Assembly: GCF_000737315.1 (NCBI RefSeq)
Contig: NZ_JMCB01000008.1
Span: 20,001 to 268,000, forward strand
Source: Hyalangium minutum
GTDB taxonomy: Bacteria; Myxococcota; Myxococcia; Myxococcales; Myxococcaceae
DNA length: 248,000 nt
Direction: 5' to 3'
Shown here piece by piece: positions 97,183 through 109,354 of the stretch. The translations under genes were made by a program, and so were the position numbers. The notes under the pieces are model-generated. The model had not been told where the DNA came from. It did no database searches and was given only the letters and a program-made list of their open reading frames with translations. Numbering within the stretch: the stretch's first letter is position 1; each line of letters begins with the position of its first letter.

Positions 97183-99585
97183 TCACCCCGCCCTGCGCAA
97201 GCGGATCCAGCGGCGCACCAACTTGGCCAACTCCAGCGCCGTCACGGGGATGAGACCGAGCGCGAACATGAGCACCATCTCATTCCAGGGCAGAGGCACC
97301 AACTCGAAGAGGGTCCGCACCGCGGGAATCTCATAGAGCGCCCCCTGGATGAGCACAGACACGAGGATGACTCCGAGCAGCACCCGGTTGGTGAAGACAC
97401 CCACCTCCCAGAAGATGCGCGTGGAACTCCGGGCGATGAACGAGCGCAATAGCTCCGCGAAGACAAGCGTGGAGAACGCCAGCGAGCGGGCCCGCTCCAA
97501 GTGCGCCGCGGGATCCGCCCACAGGAAGACCCCGAGCACCACGGCCGCCTCGAGCGCACCGGCGGCGAAGATGGTGCGCCACTGAGCGCCTCCGAGCATC
97601 GGCTCATCGGGGCGGCGCGGTGGGGCCTGCAGCAGCTCGAGCCGGGCGGGGTCCATCACCAGCGCCAGCGCCGGCAGGCTGTCCGTCATGAGGTTGATCC
97701 AGAGCAGCTGCAACGGAACCAGGGGTAGGGGTTGGCCCATCAGCAGGGCGATGACCATCAGCAGGAGTTCACCCACATTGCCCACGAGCAGATACACCAG
97801 CGTCTTGCGAATGTTCTCGTAGATGGCGCGGCCCTCGCGGATGGCCGCCACGATGGTGGCGAAGTTGTCATCGGTGAGGACGATGTCCGCGGCCTCACGC
97901 GTCACCTCGGTGCCGGTGCGCCCCATGGCAATACCGATGTGAGCCTCGCGCAGCGCGGGCGCATCATTCACGCCGTCCCCGGTCATCGCCACCACCTCGC
98001 CGCGCTCCTTCCAGCGCCGGACGATGCGCAGCTTCTCCTCGGCGGTGACGCGGGCGTGGATCAGCTCGGAGGGGTCATCGCCCTCGCGAACGATTCCCAG
98101 CTCACGCCCGATGGCGAGCGCCGTCACGGGGTGATCGCCGGTGATCATCACCGTGCGGATTCCCGCCGCCCGTGCCGCAGCGACGGCCTCGATGGCCTCG
98201 GGCCGGGGCGGGTCCGCCATGCCCATCAACCCCAGCAGCTGGAGCCGCTCCTCCTCCGGACCCGAGCCCCGAGCCACGGCCAGCACCCGGAGTCCTCGAG
98301 AGGCCATCGCCTCGGCCTTCGCGAGCGCCCCTTCGGTGCCAGAGGTGCAGCGCGAAAGCAGGACCTCGGGCGCGCCCTTGACGGAGAGGACGCCATCCGC
98401 GCGCAGCACGGACATCCGCTTCCGCTCGGAGTCGAAGGGCTGCACGGCCACGCGGGGGTTCTCGCGCTCGATCTGCTCGCGCTGGATGCCACGCTCCAGG
98501 GCCGCGCGCAGCAGGGCCAGCTCCGTGGGGTCTCCTGTTCCTTCCTTCCCTTCGGGCCCGAGACTCGCGTCACAGCACGACGCCGCAGTCCGGAGGAGCG
98601 CCTCCTCATCTGAGCCCCACAGCTCGCGCACCGCCATGCTACCCGTGGTGAGCGTGCCGGTCTTGTCGGTGCACACCACCGTCGCCGAGCCCAGCGTCTC
98701 CACGGCCTGGAGCCGGCGCACCAGGGCATGCCGGCTCGCCATCCGCCGCACGCCCAACGCCAGGGCAATGGTCACCACGGCTGGAAGCCCTTCGGGCACG
98801 GCCGCCACCGCCAGCGAGATGGACGAGAGCAGCACGGGCAGCCAGCCCATGCCCCGCAGCAGGCCCAGCGCCGCCACAAGCAGCACGATACCGCCGCAGA
98901 CGATCAACAGCGCCTGGGTCACCCGGTTGAGCCGCTGTTGCAGCGGCGTCTCCGTGTCCTCGGCGGAGGCAAGCAGGTGGGCAATCTGCCCCAGCTCCGT
99001 GCGCATGCCAGTGGCGGTCACCACCGCCGTGCCCGTCCCTCGCGACACCGCGGTTCCCATGAACACACGGTCCGTGCGCTGCGCCAGGGGTGTTCCCTCG
99101 GGCGTGGGCCGGATGGACTTGTCCACGGGGGCGCTCTCTCCGGTGAGCGGCGCCTCGCTCGTGGCGAGCGAGTAGGCCTCCAGCAGCTGCGCATCCGCGG
99201 CCACAATGTCGCCCGCCTCTAGGAGCAGCACATCTCCCGGGACGATCTCCGCCGCAGGCAGATCGATGGGGTACCCATCGCGCAGGACACGGGCCCGGGG
99301 CGCGGTCATGGAGCGCAGCGCCTGCATGGCCTGCTCGGCCTTGAATTCCTGAGCGAACCCGACGAGCGCGTTGAGCACCACGATGATGCCAATAGCGATG
99401 GCGTCCGCCCGCTCCCCCATCAGGAAGGAGGCGACACTGGCCGCGATCAGCAGAGCGATCATCGGTGAGCGGAACTGATCCAGGAAGAGGCGCCAGCGGG
99501 GCCGAGCGGCCTCCCGGCGAATCTCGTTCCGCCCGGACTCGAGCAGGCGGCGTGCGGCCTCTGAGGTGGTCAATCCCGGGTTCAT
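97183..99585 (-). CDS. Ca2+-type P-type ATPase
   Basis: TGES, PEGLP, DKTGT, TGDGVND. Confidence 0.9.
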   Translation of the reverse strand: MNPGLTTSEAARRLLESGRNEIRREAARPRWRLFLDQFRSPMIALLIAASVASFLMGERADAIAIGIIVVLNALVGFAQEFKAEQAMQALRSMTAPRARVLRDGYPIDLPAAEIVPGDVLLLEAGDIVAADAQLLEAYSLATSEAPLTGESAPVDKSIRPTPEGTPLAQRTDRVFMGTAVSRGTGTAVVTATGMRTELGQIAHLLASAEDTETPLQQRLNRVTQALLIVCGGIVLLVAALGLLRGMGWLPVLLSSISLAVAAVPEGLPAVVTIALALGVRRMASRHALVRRLQAVETLGSATVVCTDKTGTLTTGSMAVRELWGSDEEALLRTAASCCDASLGPEGKEGTGDPTELALLRAALERGIQREQIERENPRVAVQPFDSERKRMSVLRADGVLSVKGAPEVLLSRCTSGTEGALAKAEAMASRGLRVLAVARGSGPEEERLQLLGLMGMADPPRPEAIEAVAAARAAGIRTVMITGDHPVTALAIGRELGIVREGDDPSELIHARVTAEEKLRIVRRWKERGEVVAMTGDGVNDAPALREAHIGIAMGRTGTEVTREAADIVLTDDNFATIVAAIREGRAIYENIRKTLVYLLVGNVGELLLMVIALLMGQPLPLVPLQLLWINLMTDSLPALALVMDPARLELLQAPPRRPDEPMLGGAQWRTIFAAGALEAAVVLGVFLWADPAAHLERARSLAFSTLVFAELLRSFIARSSTRIFWEVGVFTNRVLLGVILVSVLIQGALYEIPAVRTLFELVPLPWNEMVLMFALGLIPVTALELAKLVRRWIRLRRAG

Positions 99586-99860
99586 GGCTCCAGGGAGAGG
99601 GTACTCGCTGGAAGGCAGCGGGGTGGTGACGGCCATGACAAGGACTCCAGCGGTCGACACTGTGGCAGCCCCTCCCCTTTTCACATCCCGCGCCAGCAGC
99701 CCCACCTTGAACCGGACCGGTGTTGCCCTGGGAGGGGCTGCCTCCCAGGCTGCCCTCATGAGTCTCCTCACGCGCGGTTCATGCCTATCAAGAAGGAAGC
99801 ACCGAGTGCGGCCCGGCGCTGGACCGCACCTCACAGACGGCCTCGAGGAGGGAGCAGGCC

Positions 99861-102320
99861 ATGGAACTGACGATGCCGCCGAAGAAGGGGCCCGTGACGC
99901 GAGGCGTACCTGGGCAGGAGCCAGGCCCACGAGAGGAGCCCCCTGCCCTGGTGATCTGGTTCGAGTCTCTCTCCCGAGGAGACACGGCCATCGCGGGGGG
100001 CAAGGGAGCGAATCTGGGGGAGCTACAGAAGGCGGGCCTGCCAGTGCCTCGGGGCTTCGTGGTCACCGCCGCGGCCTTCCAGGCGTCCATGGAGCCCATC
100101 CGCTCCAAGCTGACGGACCTCTGGCGGCGCATCGATCCGGACAAACCCGAGTCGCTCGCCATCCTGTCCGATGAGCTGAAGAAGCTCGTGCGCAAGATCG
100201 AGTTCCCAGCCTCGTTGCGCTCGGCCCTGCTCTTGGCCTATCGCCAGCTGGGGAAGGATCGAGCGGTCGCCGTCCGCTCGTCCGCGACGTCCGAGGACAC
100301 GGCCGCCACCTCGTTCGCGGGGATGCACGAGACGTTCACCAACGTGGTGGGAGAGGAGGCGGTGCTCGACAAGGTGCGCGAGTGCTGGAGCTCCGCCTAT
100401 GGCCAGCGCGTAGTGGCCTACCGCAAAAGCCAGGGTGTCTCCGAGGAGCCCACCCTCGCCGTGGTGGTGCAGGAGATGGTGGACTCGGCGCGCTCGGGGG
100501 TGATGTTCACCGCGGATCCGGCGACAGGCAGCCGGGATCGGCTCATCATCGAGGGCGCCTTCGGACTGGGCGAGGTGGTCGTCGGCGGGCAGGTGGAGCC
100601 GGACACCTACGCTGTGGACAAGCAGCACATGCGGGTGCTGGAGGTCCGCGTTGGCCACAAGGACTACCAGATCGTCCGTGAGGGACACGGGCAGGAGCGC
100701 CGCGTGGATCTGTCGCCCGAGGAAGCGAGCCGCCGCGTGCTGAAGGACGAAGAGGTGCTGGAGCTCGCGCGGCTGGGGCTGAACGTGGAGCAGCACTACG
100801 GCTCGCCGCAGGACGTGGAGTGGGCCGAGTCGGGGGGGCGCATGTACCTCGTCCAGTCGCGGCCCATCACCACCCTGACGGAGACTGTGGGCCCAGCGAA
100901 GAGGTTGTCCCGAACGAAGGAGCCCGTGCTCGTCACGGGGATGGGCGCCTCCCCTGGCATCGTCTCGGGCCGCGTGCGCGTCCTACACAAGCCCGAGGAA
101001 GGGCGGCACCTGCGCAAGGGCGAGATCCTCGTGGCGCCGATGACATCTCCGGACTGGGTGCCCACGCTGCGCCGGGCCGCCGCCATCATTACGGACAGCG
101101 GCGGAATCACGTGCCACGCCGCGATTGTCAGCCGTGAGCTGCGGATCCCCTGCGTGGTGGGGACACGCATGGCCACTCGGGTGCTCCGCGATGGGGAGGA
101201 GATCACGGTGGATGGCGCCACGGGTCAGGTGCGCGCAGGGCTGGAGGAAACTCCTACCGCCGAGCCCACGAACGCCACCGTCCAGAGAGCCCCAGCCATG
101301 GCTGTGAGTCCCGGGGATCCGGAGCCGCTGGCCACGCGCCTCTATGTCAACCTGGCGATGCCGGGACAGGCGAAGGAAGTGGCGGCGATGCCGGTGGACG
101401 GTGTGGGCCTGCTCCGCGCCGAGTTCATGCTGACGGACGCGCTCGGGGGAGTGCACCCGAAGCGGCTGCTAGCGCTCGGGAGACGCCAGGAGTTCATGGA
101501 CAAGCTGTCCGGGTCGCTGCTGGAGATCACCCGCGCATTCCGGCCACGACCGGTCGTCTATCGGACCACGGACTTCCGCACCAACGAGTTCCGGGGACTG
101601 GAGGGTGGCGCCGAGTTCGAGTCCGCCGAGGCCAACCCGATGATCGGCTATCGCGGCTGCTACCGGTACATCCGTGAGCCGGAGATCTTCCAGCTCGAGC
101701 TGGAGGTACTGGCGCGGGTACGCGAGGAGACGTCCAACCTGCACGTGATGATTCCCTTCGTGCGCACGAAATGGGAGCTGGAGGCGTGCCTGGAAGCCAT
101801 CGATCGAAGCCCGCTGGGGCGGCAGCGAGGGCTGGAGCGCTGGGTGATGGCAGAGGTGCCCTCGGTGGTGTACCGCATCCCCGAGTACGCGCGCATGGGC
101901 ATCACGGGCGTGTCCATCGGCTCCAATGATTTGACGCAGCTCATGCTGGGGGTGGATCGGGACTCGGAGGTGTGCGCGGAGCTGTTCGACGAGTCGGACG
102001 CGGCGGTGCTGGATGCGATTGTGCGCATCATCCGGGCCAGCCTCGAGGCGGGCATCACCTGCTCCTTGTGTGGCCAGGCGCCCTCCAACCGCCCCGAGTT
102101 CGCCGAGCACCTGGTGCGCGCGGGCATCACCTCCATCTCGGTGGACCCGGGGGCGGTGGGCTCGGCGCGGAGGGTGATCGCGGCAGCAGAGCGGCGCTTG
102201 CTGCTGGAGGCCGCGAGGCAAGGAGGCGCCCGTGGAAGCGACGATGCGCGCGATGGTGCTCCCAGCGCCTGGACAACCCCTGCGGGAAGAACGATGGCCC
102301 CTGCCCATCCCAGGTCCTGA
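99861..102320 (+). CDS. ppsA: Phosphoenolpyruvate synthase
   Basis: [37 protein letters not shown]. Confidence 0.93.
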   Translation: MELTMPPKKGPVTRGVPGQEPGPREEPPALVIWFESLSRGDTAIAGGKGANLGELQKAGLPVPRGFVVTAAAFQASMEPIRSKLTDLWRRIDPDKPESLAILSDELKKLVRKIEFPASLRSALLLAYRQLGKDRAVAVRSSATSEDTAATSFAGMHETFTNVVGEEAVLDKVRECWSSAYGQRVVAYRKSQGVSEEPTLAVVVQEMVDSARSGVMFTADPATGSRDRLIIEGAFGLGEVVVGGQVEPDTYAVDKQHMRVLEVRVGHKDYQIVREGHGQERRVDLSPEEASRRVLKDEEVLELARLGLNVEQHYGSPQDVEWAESGGRMYLVQSRPITTLTETVGPAKRLSRTKEPVLVTGMGASPGIVSGRVRVLHKPEEGRHLRKGEILVAPMTSPDWVPTLRRAAAIITDSGGITCHAAIVSRELRIPCVVGTRMATRVLRDGEEITVDGATGQVRAGLEETPTAEPTNATVQRAPAMAVSPGDPEPLATRLYVNLAMPGQAKEVAAMPVDGVGLLRAEFMLTDALGGVHPKRLLALGRRQEFMDKLSGSLLEITRAFRPRPVVYRTTDFRTNEFRGLEGGAEFESAEANPMIGYRGCYRYIREPEIFQLELEVLARVREETSNLHVMIPFVRTKWELEACLEAIDRSPLGRQRGLERWVMAEVPSVVYRIPEYARMGITGVSIGSNDLTQLMLGVDRDSEVCAELFDESDAAVLDAIVRIIRASLEAGITCSLCGQAPSNRPEFAEHLVRAGITSISVDPGAVGSARRVIAAAERRLLLEAARQGGARGSDDARDGAPSAWTTPAGRTMAPAHPRS

Positions 102321-103254
102321 GCAGTTCCTGCTGCGAGTGCGGGCCTGCGCGGTGTGCCGCACGGACCTGCACGTGCTGGACGGCGAGCTGCCGCACGCGA
102401 AGCAGCCACTGGTGCTCGGGCACGAGATCGTCGGGACGGTGGTGGGCCTGGGCTCACGGGTGACGGACCTCGCCCTGGGCACGCGCGTGGGAGTACCGTG
102501 GCTCGGATGGACGTGTGGCCACTGTGGCGCATGTACCTCGGGCCGGGAGAACCTGTGCGCGGAGGCGCGCTTCACGGGGTACCAGCTCGATGGCGGATAC
102601 GCGGAGTACACGGTGGCCGATCACCGGTTCTGCTTTCCGCTCCCCGAGGGCTACCCGGATGTGCAAGCGGCGCCGCTGCTGTGCGCGGGGCTGATTGGGT
102701 ACCGGAGTCTGCGGCTTGCGGGCCCAGGCGAGCGACTGGGGCTGTATGGCTTTGGAGCGGCGGCCCACGTCCTCATTCAGGTGGCACGCCACCAGGGCCG
102801 GAGGGTGTACGCCTTCACACGCCCAGGAGACGCGGCGGGACAGGCGTTCGCCCGAGAACTGGGGGCGGAGTGGGCGGGCAGCTCCGAGCAGTTGCCTCCG
102901 GAGCCCCTGGATGCGGCCATCCTCTTCGCGCCAGTGGGAGCCTTGGTGCCCCTGGCCCTGAGAGCGACGGTTCCCGGGGGCGTGGTGGTGTGCGGAGGCA
103001 TCCACATGAGTGACATCCCCGCCTTCCCCTACGCACTGCTGTGGGGCGAGCGGGTGGTGCGCTCGGTGGCCAACCTGACGCGGCAAGACGGGCGGGAGTT
103101 CCTCGCGCTCGCACCGCGAGTGCCGGTACGCACCGAGGTACAGAGCTACCCATTGGAGGCAGCGGCACAGGCGCTCGAAGATCTGCGGGCGGGGCGGGTG
103201 CGCGGAGCAGCGGTGCTGGACCTGACCGGCAGCCCAGCCCCCCTTGAGGGGTGA
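102244..103254 (+). CDS. Zinc-dependent alcohol dehydrogenase
   Basis: CRTD, GHE, CGHC..C...ENLC, GFG. Confidence 0.9.
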   Translation: MRAMVLPAPGQPLREERWPLPIPGPEQFLLRVRACAVCRTDLHVLDGELPHAKQPLVLGHEIVGTVVGLGSRVTDLALGTRVGVPWLGWTCGHCGACTSGRENLCAEARFTGYQLDGGYAEYTVADHRFCFPLPEGYPDVQAAPLLCAGLIGYRSLRLAGPGERLGLYGFGAAAHVLIQVARHQGRRVYAFTRPGDAAGQAFARELGAEWAGSSEQLPPEPLDAAILFAPVGALVPLALRATVPGGVVVCGGIHMSDIPAFPYALLWGERVVRSVANLTRQDGREFLALAPRVPVRTEVQSYPLEAAAQALEDLRAGRVRGAAVLDLTGSPAPLEG

Positions 103255-103483
103255 TGGAAAACCTTTCCAGGGCGTCCAAGTGCTCACCCATCTTGTGACT
103301 CGCCATCAGCGCTGGGCTTCGTGCGTCCACCCGCACTGCTGCTCCTGGTGCTCCTGCTGGGCGGGGCGGTGATGCTGGCGCTCGGGCTCGCGCTGCTTTT
103401 CTGGCCCCGCGCGCTCCTTCACTTCTGAGGAGGGCCGCAGACGGGCGATGCCACTCCTCCACCGCCCCACACGTGCCTCCAGG

Positions 103484-103969
103484 CTACGCCTTCACCTTCC
103501 CCTCTGGCGCCGTGCCCTGAACAGCGATCCGCTTCGGCTGGACCGCCAGCGTCTTGGGCACGTTCACGGTGAGGATGCCCTCCTTGAGTTCCGCGCGGAT
103601 CTGATCGGCGTTGATGCCCACCGGCAGAGAGAAGGTCCTCGTGAACGTGCCCGCCGAGCGCTCGGAGCAGTAGTACGTATCCGTCTCCGAGACCTGCTCG
103701 GCCTCGCGCTTGCCCGAGAGGGTGAGGCGGTTGTTGGTGACTTGGATGTCGAGGTCCTGCTCACGAAAACCGGGCACGTCTGCCTTGAAGACGTAGGCGT
103801 CCTTCGTCTCCCAGACATCGAAGGCAGGGACATACGTCCCCAGCCGCTCCGGAAGCAGCTGGGACATCGGCTCCAGGTTCAGCATCTCACGCATGGTCTG
103901 GAACAGATCCCACGGGAGCAGCGAGCGGCGGGTCGTCGGGACAGCTTCACCTCTCCTGATGATGGCCAT
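103484..103969 (-). CDS. Hsp20 small heat-shock protein
   Basis: DVWET, DVPG, F.R.F.LP, GILT. Confidence 0.9.
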   Translation of the reverse strand: MAIIRRGEAVPTTRRSLLPWDLFQTMREMLNLEPMSQLLPERLGTYVPAFDVWETKDAYVFKADVPGFREQDLDIQVTNNRLTLSGKREAEQVSETDTYYCSERSAGTFTRTFSLPVGINADQIRAELKEGILTVNVPKTLAVQPKRIAVQGTAPEGKVKA

Positions 103970-104138
103970 ATTTCCTCCTGAGATTGACAACTCCCGCACC
104001 AGACGGCCTGGTGAGTAGAACCGCCGTGGCTGGGCGGGGGGCGGAACGTGGTGATGGGGCACGCGAGGACAACTGGCCTTCGAGGGCATATGCCCTGGGG
104101 TGCAGGAGCCTTGTTGGAATCAGGCTCGGCTCCCTACC

Positions 104139-104351
104139 TCATGGGTTTATCTGCACGGTGGGCTCTTCAACCTCCCTGCCCAACCCGGGGCGCAGATCGA
104201 ACGCCCTGCAGCCGCTGGCTCCAAAGACCTTCAGCTCGAAGCGCGAGAGCTCTGGATGAAGGCACCGTGCTTCTTCGCTCGCCACGGGTCTGCGAGAGAG
104301 ACTCGCGAAGTATTTGCAGTTCTGGCAGTGCCCCCAGTTTCGGTCGGTCAT
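104139..104351 (-). CDS. Small Cys-rich hypothetical protein
   Basis: MTDRNWGHCQNCKYF...C...GC; SD-like spacing upstream. Confidence 0.5.
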   Translation of the reverse strand: MTDRNWGHCQNCKYFASLSRRPVASEEARCLHPELSRFELKVFGASGCRAFDLRPGLGREVEEPTVQINP

Positions 104352-104549
104352 GGTTCTTGCCACCTCCTTTCTGCAAGCTGGACGGTGTGGGCGGAGGCGC
104401 CAACTCGTGGCGGACAGGTCCAGCGGTCCCTCCTTGCACCTGCTCGGCACGATCCCACCCGCAAGCATCCGCGCGAACGGTCGCACGGCGCACCTCTCAC
104501 GCCTCTCCAGTGCAGCTGGGCGGATCGCAACGCGCCGCCCCATGACCGA

Positions 104550-105140
104550 AGACCATGGCCGTCTGGCCCAGCACTTCGCGCCGCTTCATCTCCTCCCATA
104601 GCTCTAGCCCCTCGCGTGAGCGCTCGCCGATGCCAGCAAACACCGCGACGCCACGCAGGTGCTCCACCGCATTGCGGATGAACTCCGTCAGGATGATTGT
104701 CTTGCCGACCCCCGCGCCGCCAAAGACCGCCGCTCGCCCGCCGTGGGTGAAGGGAGAGAACAGGGCGATGGCCTTGATGCCCGTCGGGTAGAGCTGTCCC
104801 GCCCGTTGGAGCTGCGATGCCCTCGGTGGTGCACGATAGAGCGAGGCCCGCTGGAGCCCCTGGAGCGGCAGGCCGCCATCGAGCACCCGTCCGTGGAGAT
104901 CAATGACCCGGCCCAGCAGCTCGGAACCCACCGGCACAGTCAGTGGCGAGCCTTCGCTGACCACCGGATAACCCCGGCGCAGTCCTCGAGTCGAATCGAG
105001 TGCGCTCCATCCAGCTGACAATGAAGGGCCGATGCCAGCGGAGGCACCTGGTTCTGGAAGCGAACATCCACCACCGTGCCGCGCACCGCGACGACCTGGC
105101 CTTGGAACCGGGGGCTCTGTGAGGGCAGCTGGAAGGCCAT
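104550..105140 (-). pseudogene. atpD: ATP synthase beta subunit remnant (frameshifted, truncated)
   Basis: RGTVVDVRF, TGIKAI, GGAGVGKT, GIGERSREG; two frames; ends at AMVFG. Confidence 0.85.
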
Positions 105141-105168
105141 CGACACACCCGTCCACTCTTCCAATGCC

Positions 105169-105846
105169 TCATGCGCTCACTGTGGCTTCCATGGGCTTGT
105201 CGAGCCCGGCCTCCAAGGCTTCCGCGCGCTGCCGGATGCCCAACAACATCTTCCGCTCCATCAAGAAGTGAAGAGGGCCCAGGAAGAAGGCAACGAGTGG
105301 ATCTCCCGGTCTCCAGAAGTAGCTGGTGCGGACGCGGGAGACCATGCGCGTGAACCCGTTTTGCGGATAGAGCCCCAACGACCAGCTCACCTGGGACTGC
105401 CCTGGCGGCTCCTCGGGACGGGAACCGACCACCAGCGAGCCATAGGGCTCCACGGCCCTCACCGGCAAGTGCAGGCCGCGGCCCGTCGGAATCGTGTCTC
105501 CTGGCTCCAGCGTCTGGAACTCGGGCAGCAAGTGCTCCACGGTGGAGATGCGAAGCCCCGCCAGCCGCTCCATCCACTCGTAGCTGTAGAAGCCCTGGGA
105601 CCCCACCCCAAGCCGAACCAGCCAGGGCCAGATCGCCTCCGGTCGCGCGCGGACGGTAATGGCACGGTTCGAGACGTAGAAGGGCCTCTGTACCAGCTCG
105701 TCGCCGGGCATGGGACGCGTGAACTCCTCCTGAGTGGCTCCCCATCTCAAGTGCCAGGGACGCAGGATGAGCCAGTAGGCGGCGAGTCCACCCGTGCCCA
105801 CGGCGGTCAGCACGCTGGCGAAGCGGAGTCTCTTGTCGCGGCGCAT
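105169..105846 (-). CDS. SRPBCC-like membrane-anchored protein
   Basis: WGAT..E...MPGD, HFLMERKMLLGI. Confidence 0.6.
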   Translation of the reverse strand: MRRDKRLRFASVLTAVGTGGLAAYWLILRPWHLRWGATQEEFTRPMPGDELVQRPFYVSNRAITVRARPEAIWPWLVRLGVGSQGFYSYEWMERLAGLRISTVEHLLPEFQTLEPGDTIPTGRGLHLPVRAVEPYGSLVVGSRPEEPPGQSQVSWSLGLYPQNGFTRMVSRVRTSYFWRPGDPLVAFFLGPLHFLMERKMLLGIRQRAEALEAGLDKPMEATVSA

Positions 105847-106177
105847 GGCATCCTCCTCGGCACGTCGAACGAGCTGCCCTGAGATTGGGAGATGGCTTGC
105901 CTCCCTGCCATGGGACGAGGGGGAGGGTCAGCCGGCCTGGCGCATGGCGCTGTCCCTCACCCTGGAGTACGAGCCATGCGTCGACCGTGGATGCGCCCGC
106001 GCTCGATGCGTTGAGACTCGTGAGTTCGCGCTGAAGAAACCTGGAGCGAGGAGCGAGATTGCCGCAGGGTGCCGCTCACGGCGCCGTGGAGCAGTTCCTG
106101 GGCCTGCCGCCTGTTCCGTGTCAACGGCTGGCCATCCGCGCCACCGACGGGTCCGGAGCAGCGCCTGAGAGGAGATC

Positions 106178-106639
106178 ATGCCGCAGCCCCTTCCGCCCCT
106201 CGAACAGCACCCCTTCCTGCGCGGGCTCTCTCCCGAGCAACTGAGCGCCATTGCCTGCAAGGTCCGCGAGCAATCCTTCCCGGCGGGAGCCCTCCTGCTG
106301 CGCGAGGGCGATCCGGCGGACACGCTCTACCTGGTGCGCAGTGGGAAGGTGGTGCTGGAACAGAACGTGCCTGGCAGGGGCCCCACTTTGCTCGAGACGT
106401 TGAAGGCCGGCGACATCCTCGGCCTGTCCTGGCTGTTCCCACCCTTCCGCTGGCATCTGGATGCGCGGGCGGTAGAGTCCGTGGACACTTTCGCGCTCGA
106501 TGCCTCCTGCATGCGCGGCCCCTCGCCGGAGCACCCCGTGCTGGAGCCTGCGCTGGCCATGCGCCTGCTGCGTCAGCTCTACGACCGGCTGGAGCGCGTC
106601 CGGCTGCAGCGGCTCGATGTCTACAAGGCGGGAGCATGA
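106178..106639 (+). CDS. Cyclic nucleotide-binding domain protein
   Basis: EGDPAD..YLV..G, GDILG. Confidence 0.85.
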   Translation: MPQPLPPLEQHPFLRGLSPEQLSAIACKVREQSFPAGALLLREGDPADTLYLVRSGKVVLEQNVPGRGPTLLETLKAGDILGLSWLFPPFRWHLDARAVESVDTFALDASCMRGPSPEHPVLEPALAMRLLRQLYDRLERVRLQRLDVYKAGA

Positions 106640-107493
106640 GCCTCGACGTTCCACACGTCCCTGGCGTCGCCGGCCCGCTGACGCCCGAACCGCTCCGCGT
106701 GCGGAGCCTCCGCCGCGAGACGGCCGACACGTGGACTGTATCGCTCGATGTCTCCTCACGCCCGGGTGGCTTCCCGTTCCAGCCGGGCCAGTTCAACATG
106801 CTGTACGTCTTCGGCGTGGGCGAGGTGGCCATCTCCATCAGCGGAGACCCCAGCCGGCCGGCCGAGCTGATCCACACCGTCCGAGCCGTGGGAGCCACCA
106901 CCCGCGCGCTGTGCCGAGTGGGCCGAGGCGGCATGCTTGGCGTCCGAGGTCCCTACGGCCGGCCCTGGCCACTGGAGGAGGCACGTGGCCAGGACGTCGT
107001 CGTGGTGGCCGGCGGACTCGGCCTTGCCCCCCTCCGCTCCGTCATCCTTCACCTGCTGCGCCACCGCGAGAAGTACGGCCAGGTGTTGCTGCTGGTGGGG
107101 GCCCGCACACCGGAGGATCTGCCCTTCCGCCGGGACCTGGAGCGCTGGCAAGCGGACTCGCGGCTGCGGGTGCTCGTCACCGTGGACAAGGCGAGCCCTG
107201 GCTGGAAGGAACACGTAGGCGTGGTGCCTGCGCTGCTGCGTGACGTGGCGGTGGATCCAGCGCGCACAGTGGCGCTGATGTGCGGCCCCGAGGTGATGAT
107301 GCGCTTCACCGTGCGCGAGCTGGAGCGGCTGGGCGTGCCCGACGCGCGCATCCACCTGTCGCTGGAGCGCAACATGAAGTGCGCGGTGGCCTTCTGCGGG
107401 CATTGCCAGCTCGTGCCGTACTTCCTCTGCAAGGACGGGCCGGTGTTCTCCTACGACCGGCTCCGGTCCTTCATCAGCCTCCGCGAGGTGTGA
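106636..107493 (+). CDS. Sulfhydrogenase gamma / FAD-NAD(P) oxidoreductase subunit
   Basis: [33 protein letters not shown]. Confidence 0.85.
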   Translation: MSLDVPHVPGVAGPLTPEPLRVRSLRRETADTWTVSLDVSSRPGGFPFQPGQFNMLYVFGVGEVAISISGDPSRPAELIHTVRAVGATTRALCRVGRGGMLGVRGPYGRPWPLEEARGQDVVVVAGGLGLAPLRSVILHLLRHREKYGQVLLLVGARTPEDLPFRRDLERWQADSRLRVLVTVDKASPGWKEHVGVVPALLRDVAVDPARTVALMCGPEVMMRFTVRELERLGVPDARIHLSLERNMKCAVAFCGHCQLVPYFLCKDGPVFSYDRLRSFISLREV

Positions 107494-107494
107494 G

Positions 107495-108274
107495 ATGGCG
107501 CGCAAGCGGAAGCGACCCACACTCGCGGTCTGGAAGTTCGCCTCGTGCGATGGGTGCCAGCTCACCGTGCTGAACCTGGAGGACGAGCTGCTCACGCTGG
107601 CGGACTCCGTGCGCATCGTCCACTTCGCCGAAGCCACCAGCGTGTCCCTGAAGGGAATGTACGACGTCTCGCTCGTGGACGGCTCCATCACCACACCCCA
107701 TGACGCCGAGCGCATCCGCGAGGTGCGGCGGCAGTCGCGCCGGCTGGTGAGCATCGGGGCCTGCGCCACCGCGGGTGGCATCCAGGCGCTGCGCAACTTC
107801 AAGGATGTCCAGGGCTTCCTCTCCAGCGTCTACGCGAAGCCCGAGTACATCGAGACACTGGCCACCTCCACAGCCATTGCGGACCACGTGCCGGTGGACT
107901 TCGAGCTGCGGGGCTGCCCCATCAACAAGCGGCAACTGCTGGAGGTGCTGAGCGCCTTCCTCCAGGAGCGGCGGCCCAACGTGCCGAGCCACAGCGTGTG
108001 CGTGGAGTGCAAGCTGCGCGGCAACGTGTGCGTCATGGTGACGGGTACACCGTGCCTGGGGCCCGTGACGCATGCCGGCTGCGGGGCACTCTGCCCTACG
108101 TACCAACGCGGCTGCTACGGCTGCTTCGGGCCCATGGAGACACCCAACACCGCCTCTCTGGCCCGCGCCTTCCAGGCCGCGGGGCGCTCGGAGGCGGAGC
108201 TCGTCCGGGCCTTCCGCAACTTCAACGCGAACGCCCCGGCATTCCGTGAGGAGAGCGAGCGCCATGAAGAATAG
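107495..108274 (+). CDS. [NiFe]-hydrogenase small (delta) subunit
   Basis: CDGC, GACA..GG, GCP, C..C...CLGP...GCG..CP. Confidence 0.85.
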   Translation: MARKRKRPTLAVWKFASCDGCQLTVLNLEDELLTLADSVRIVHFAEATSVSLKGMYDVSLVDGSITTPHDAERIREVRRQSRRLVSIGACATAGGIQALRNFKDVQGFLSSVYAKPEYIETLATSTAIADHVPVDFELRGCPINKRQLLEVLSAFLQERRPNVPSHSVCVECKLRGNVCVMVTGTPCLGPVTHAGCGALCPTYQRGCYGCFGPMETPNTASLARAFQAAGRSEAELVRAFRNFNANAPAFREESERHEE

Positions 108275-109045
108275 GACGCGAACCCTCCAGGTAGACTCCC
108301 TCACGCGCCTGGAGGGAGGGCAAGGCCACGAATGTGCGCCTGGCCATCTGCGAGCCGCCACGCTTCTTCGGAGCCCTGCTGCGCGGGCGTTCGTACCTGG
108401 AGGCGCCCGACATCACCTCGCGGATCTGCGGCAGTACCGCGCTCATGTCCATCCTGGGTGGCCCATCCATCCATCCGCCTGAGGCCACCGCCGCCGTTCC
108501 CCGCGAGGCAGAGCACATTCTACGGACCCTCACCCTCTCGAAGCAGGAGCGGAGCCTTCCACTTCGCCGCCCATGCGCGGGGCACCAAGGCGGAGGGGGC
108601 GCGGCTCTTTCTGGAACTCATCCACGTGAGCGCACGGTGCCGGGCTCTTGTGGACACACCTACGCCCCGGAGCACCACGTGCTGCGATGCCCGGCTTGTG
108701 GCGGCACGGAGGGAGTGGAGGGAGGAGCCGAGGGTGATCCGGCTGGCCATCACCGTGCAAGGCGTGGTGCAGGGCGTGGGCTTCCGCCCCTTCGTCCACG
108801 CCGCCGCCATGGGCTGGTGGGATGGGTACGCAATAGCACCGACGGGGTCCGCATCGAGGTGGAGGGGCCAGTTCCCAGGGTGGAGGACTTCCGGCAGTCC
108901 CTCGAGCGTGAAGCTCCGCCCGCCGCCCGGGTAGCTCGCGCAGCAGTCCCCCGGACACGATGAGGACCTCCGCATCCTCGACAGTGACCCGAGCGCTCCT
109001 CCTCGGCCCATCATCCCGGCGGATCTGGCCACCTGCCCGGAGTGC
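108264..109045 (+). pseudogene. Mosaic remnant of large subunit, protease, hypA and hypF
   Basis: Successive fragments matching 90393-, 90840-, 92080-, 92290- and 92511- regions. Confidence 0.8.
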
Positions 109046-109049
109046 GCCC

Positions 109050-109260
109050 TCAAGTCGCACCGGCACCTCCGCGGGCCGTTCGTCTTCTGCGATGCCCAGG
109101 GAACCTCCCTCAAGCCTCAAGAACGACGCCTGCCGGGACACCCTCCTCCGAGCCCACAAGCGGGCGGGCCTACGTCCCATCGGCTGGCACACGATGCGAC
109201 ACACGTTCGCCGGCCACTGGGTCATGCGGGGGGTACCTCTCAAGGCCGTCCAGCGCGGAC
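109050..109260 (+). mobile_element. Tyrosine integrase C-terminal remnant
   Basis: AGLRPIGWHTMRHTFAGHWVMRGVPLKAVQ (HxxR); abuts tRNA-Leu 3' end. Confidence 0.75.
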
Positions 109261-109354
109261 GTCAAGAAGGACGCCGTCCGGGCGCTCAAGGGTCGCACTG
109301 GGGCACCTGGTGCGGGACGAGGAGAATTTCCCAGTGAAGTCCGGTGGTTAAGAA

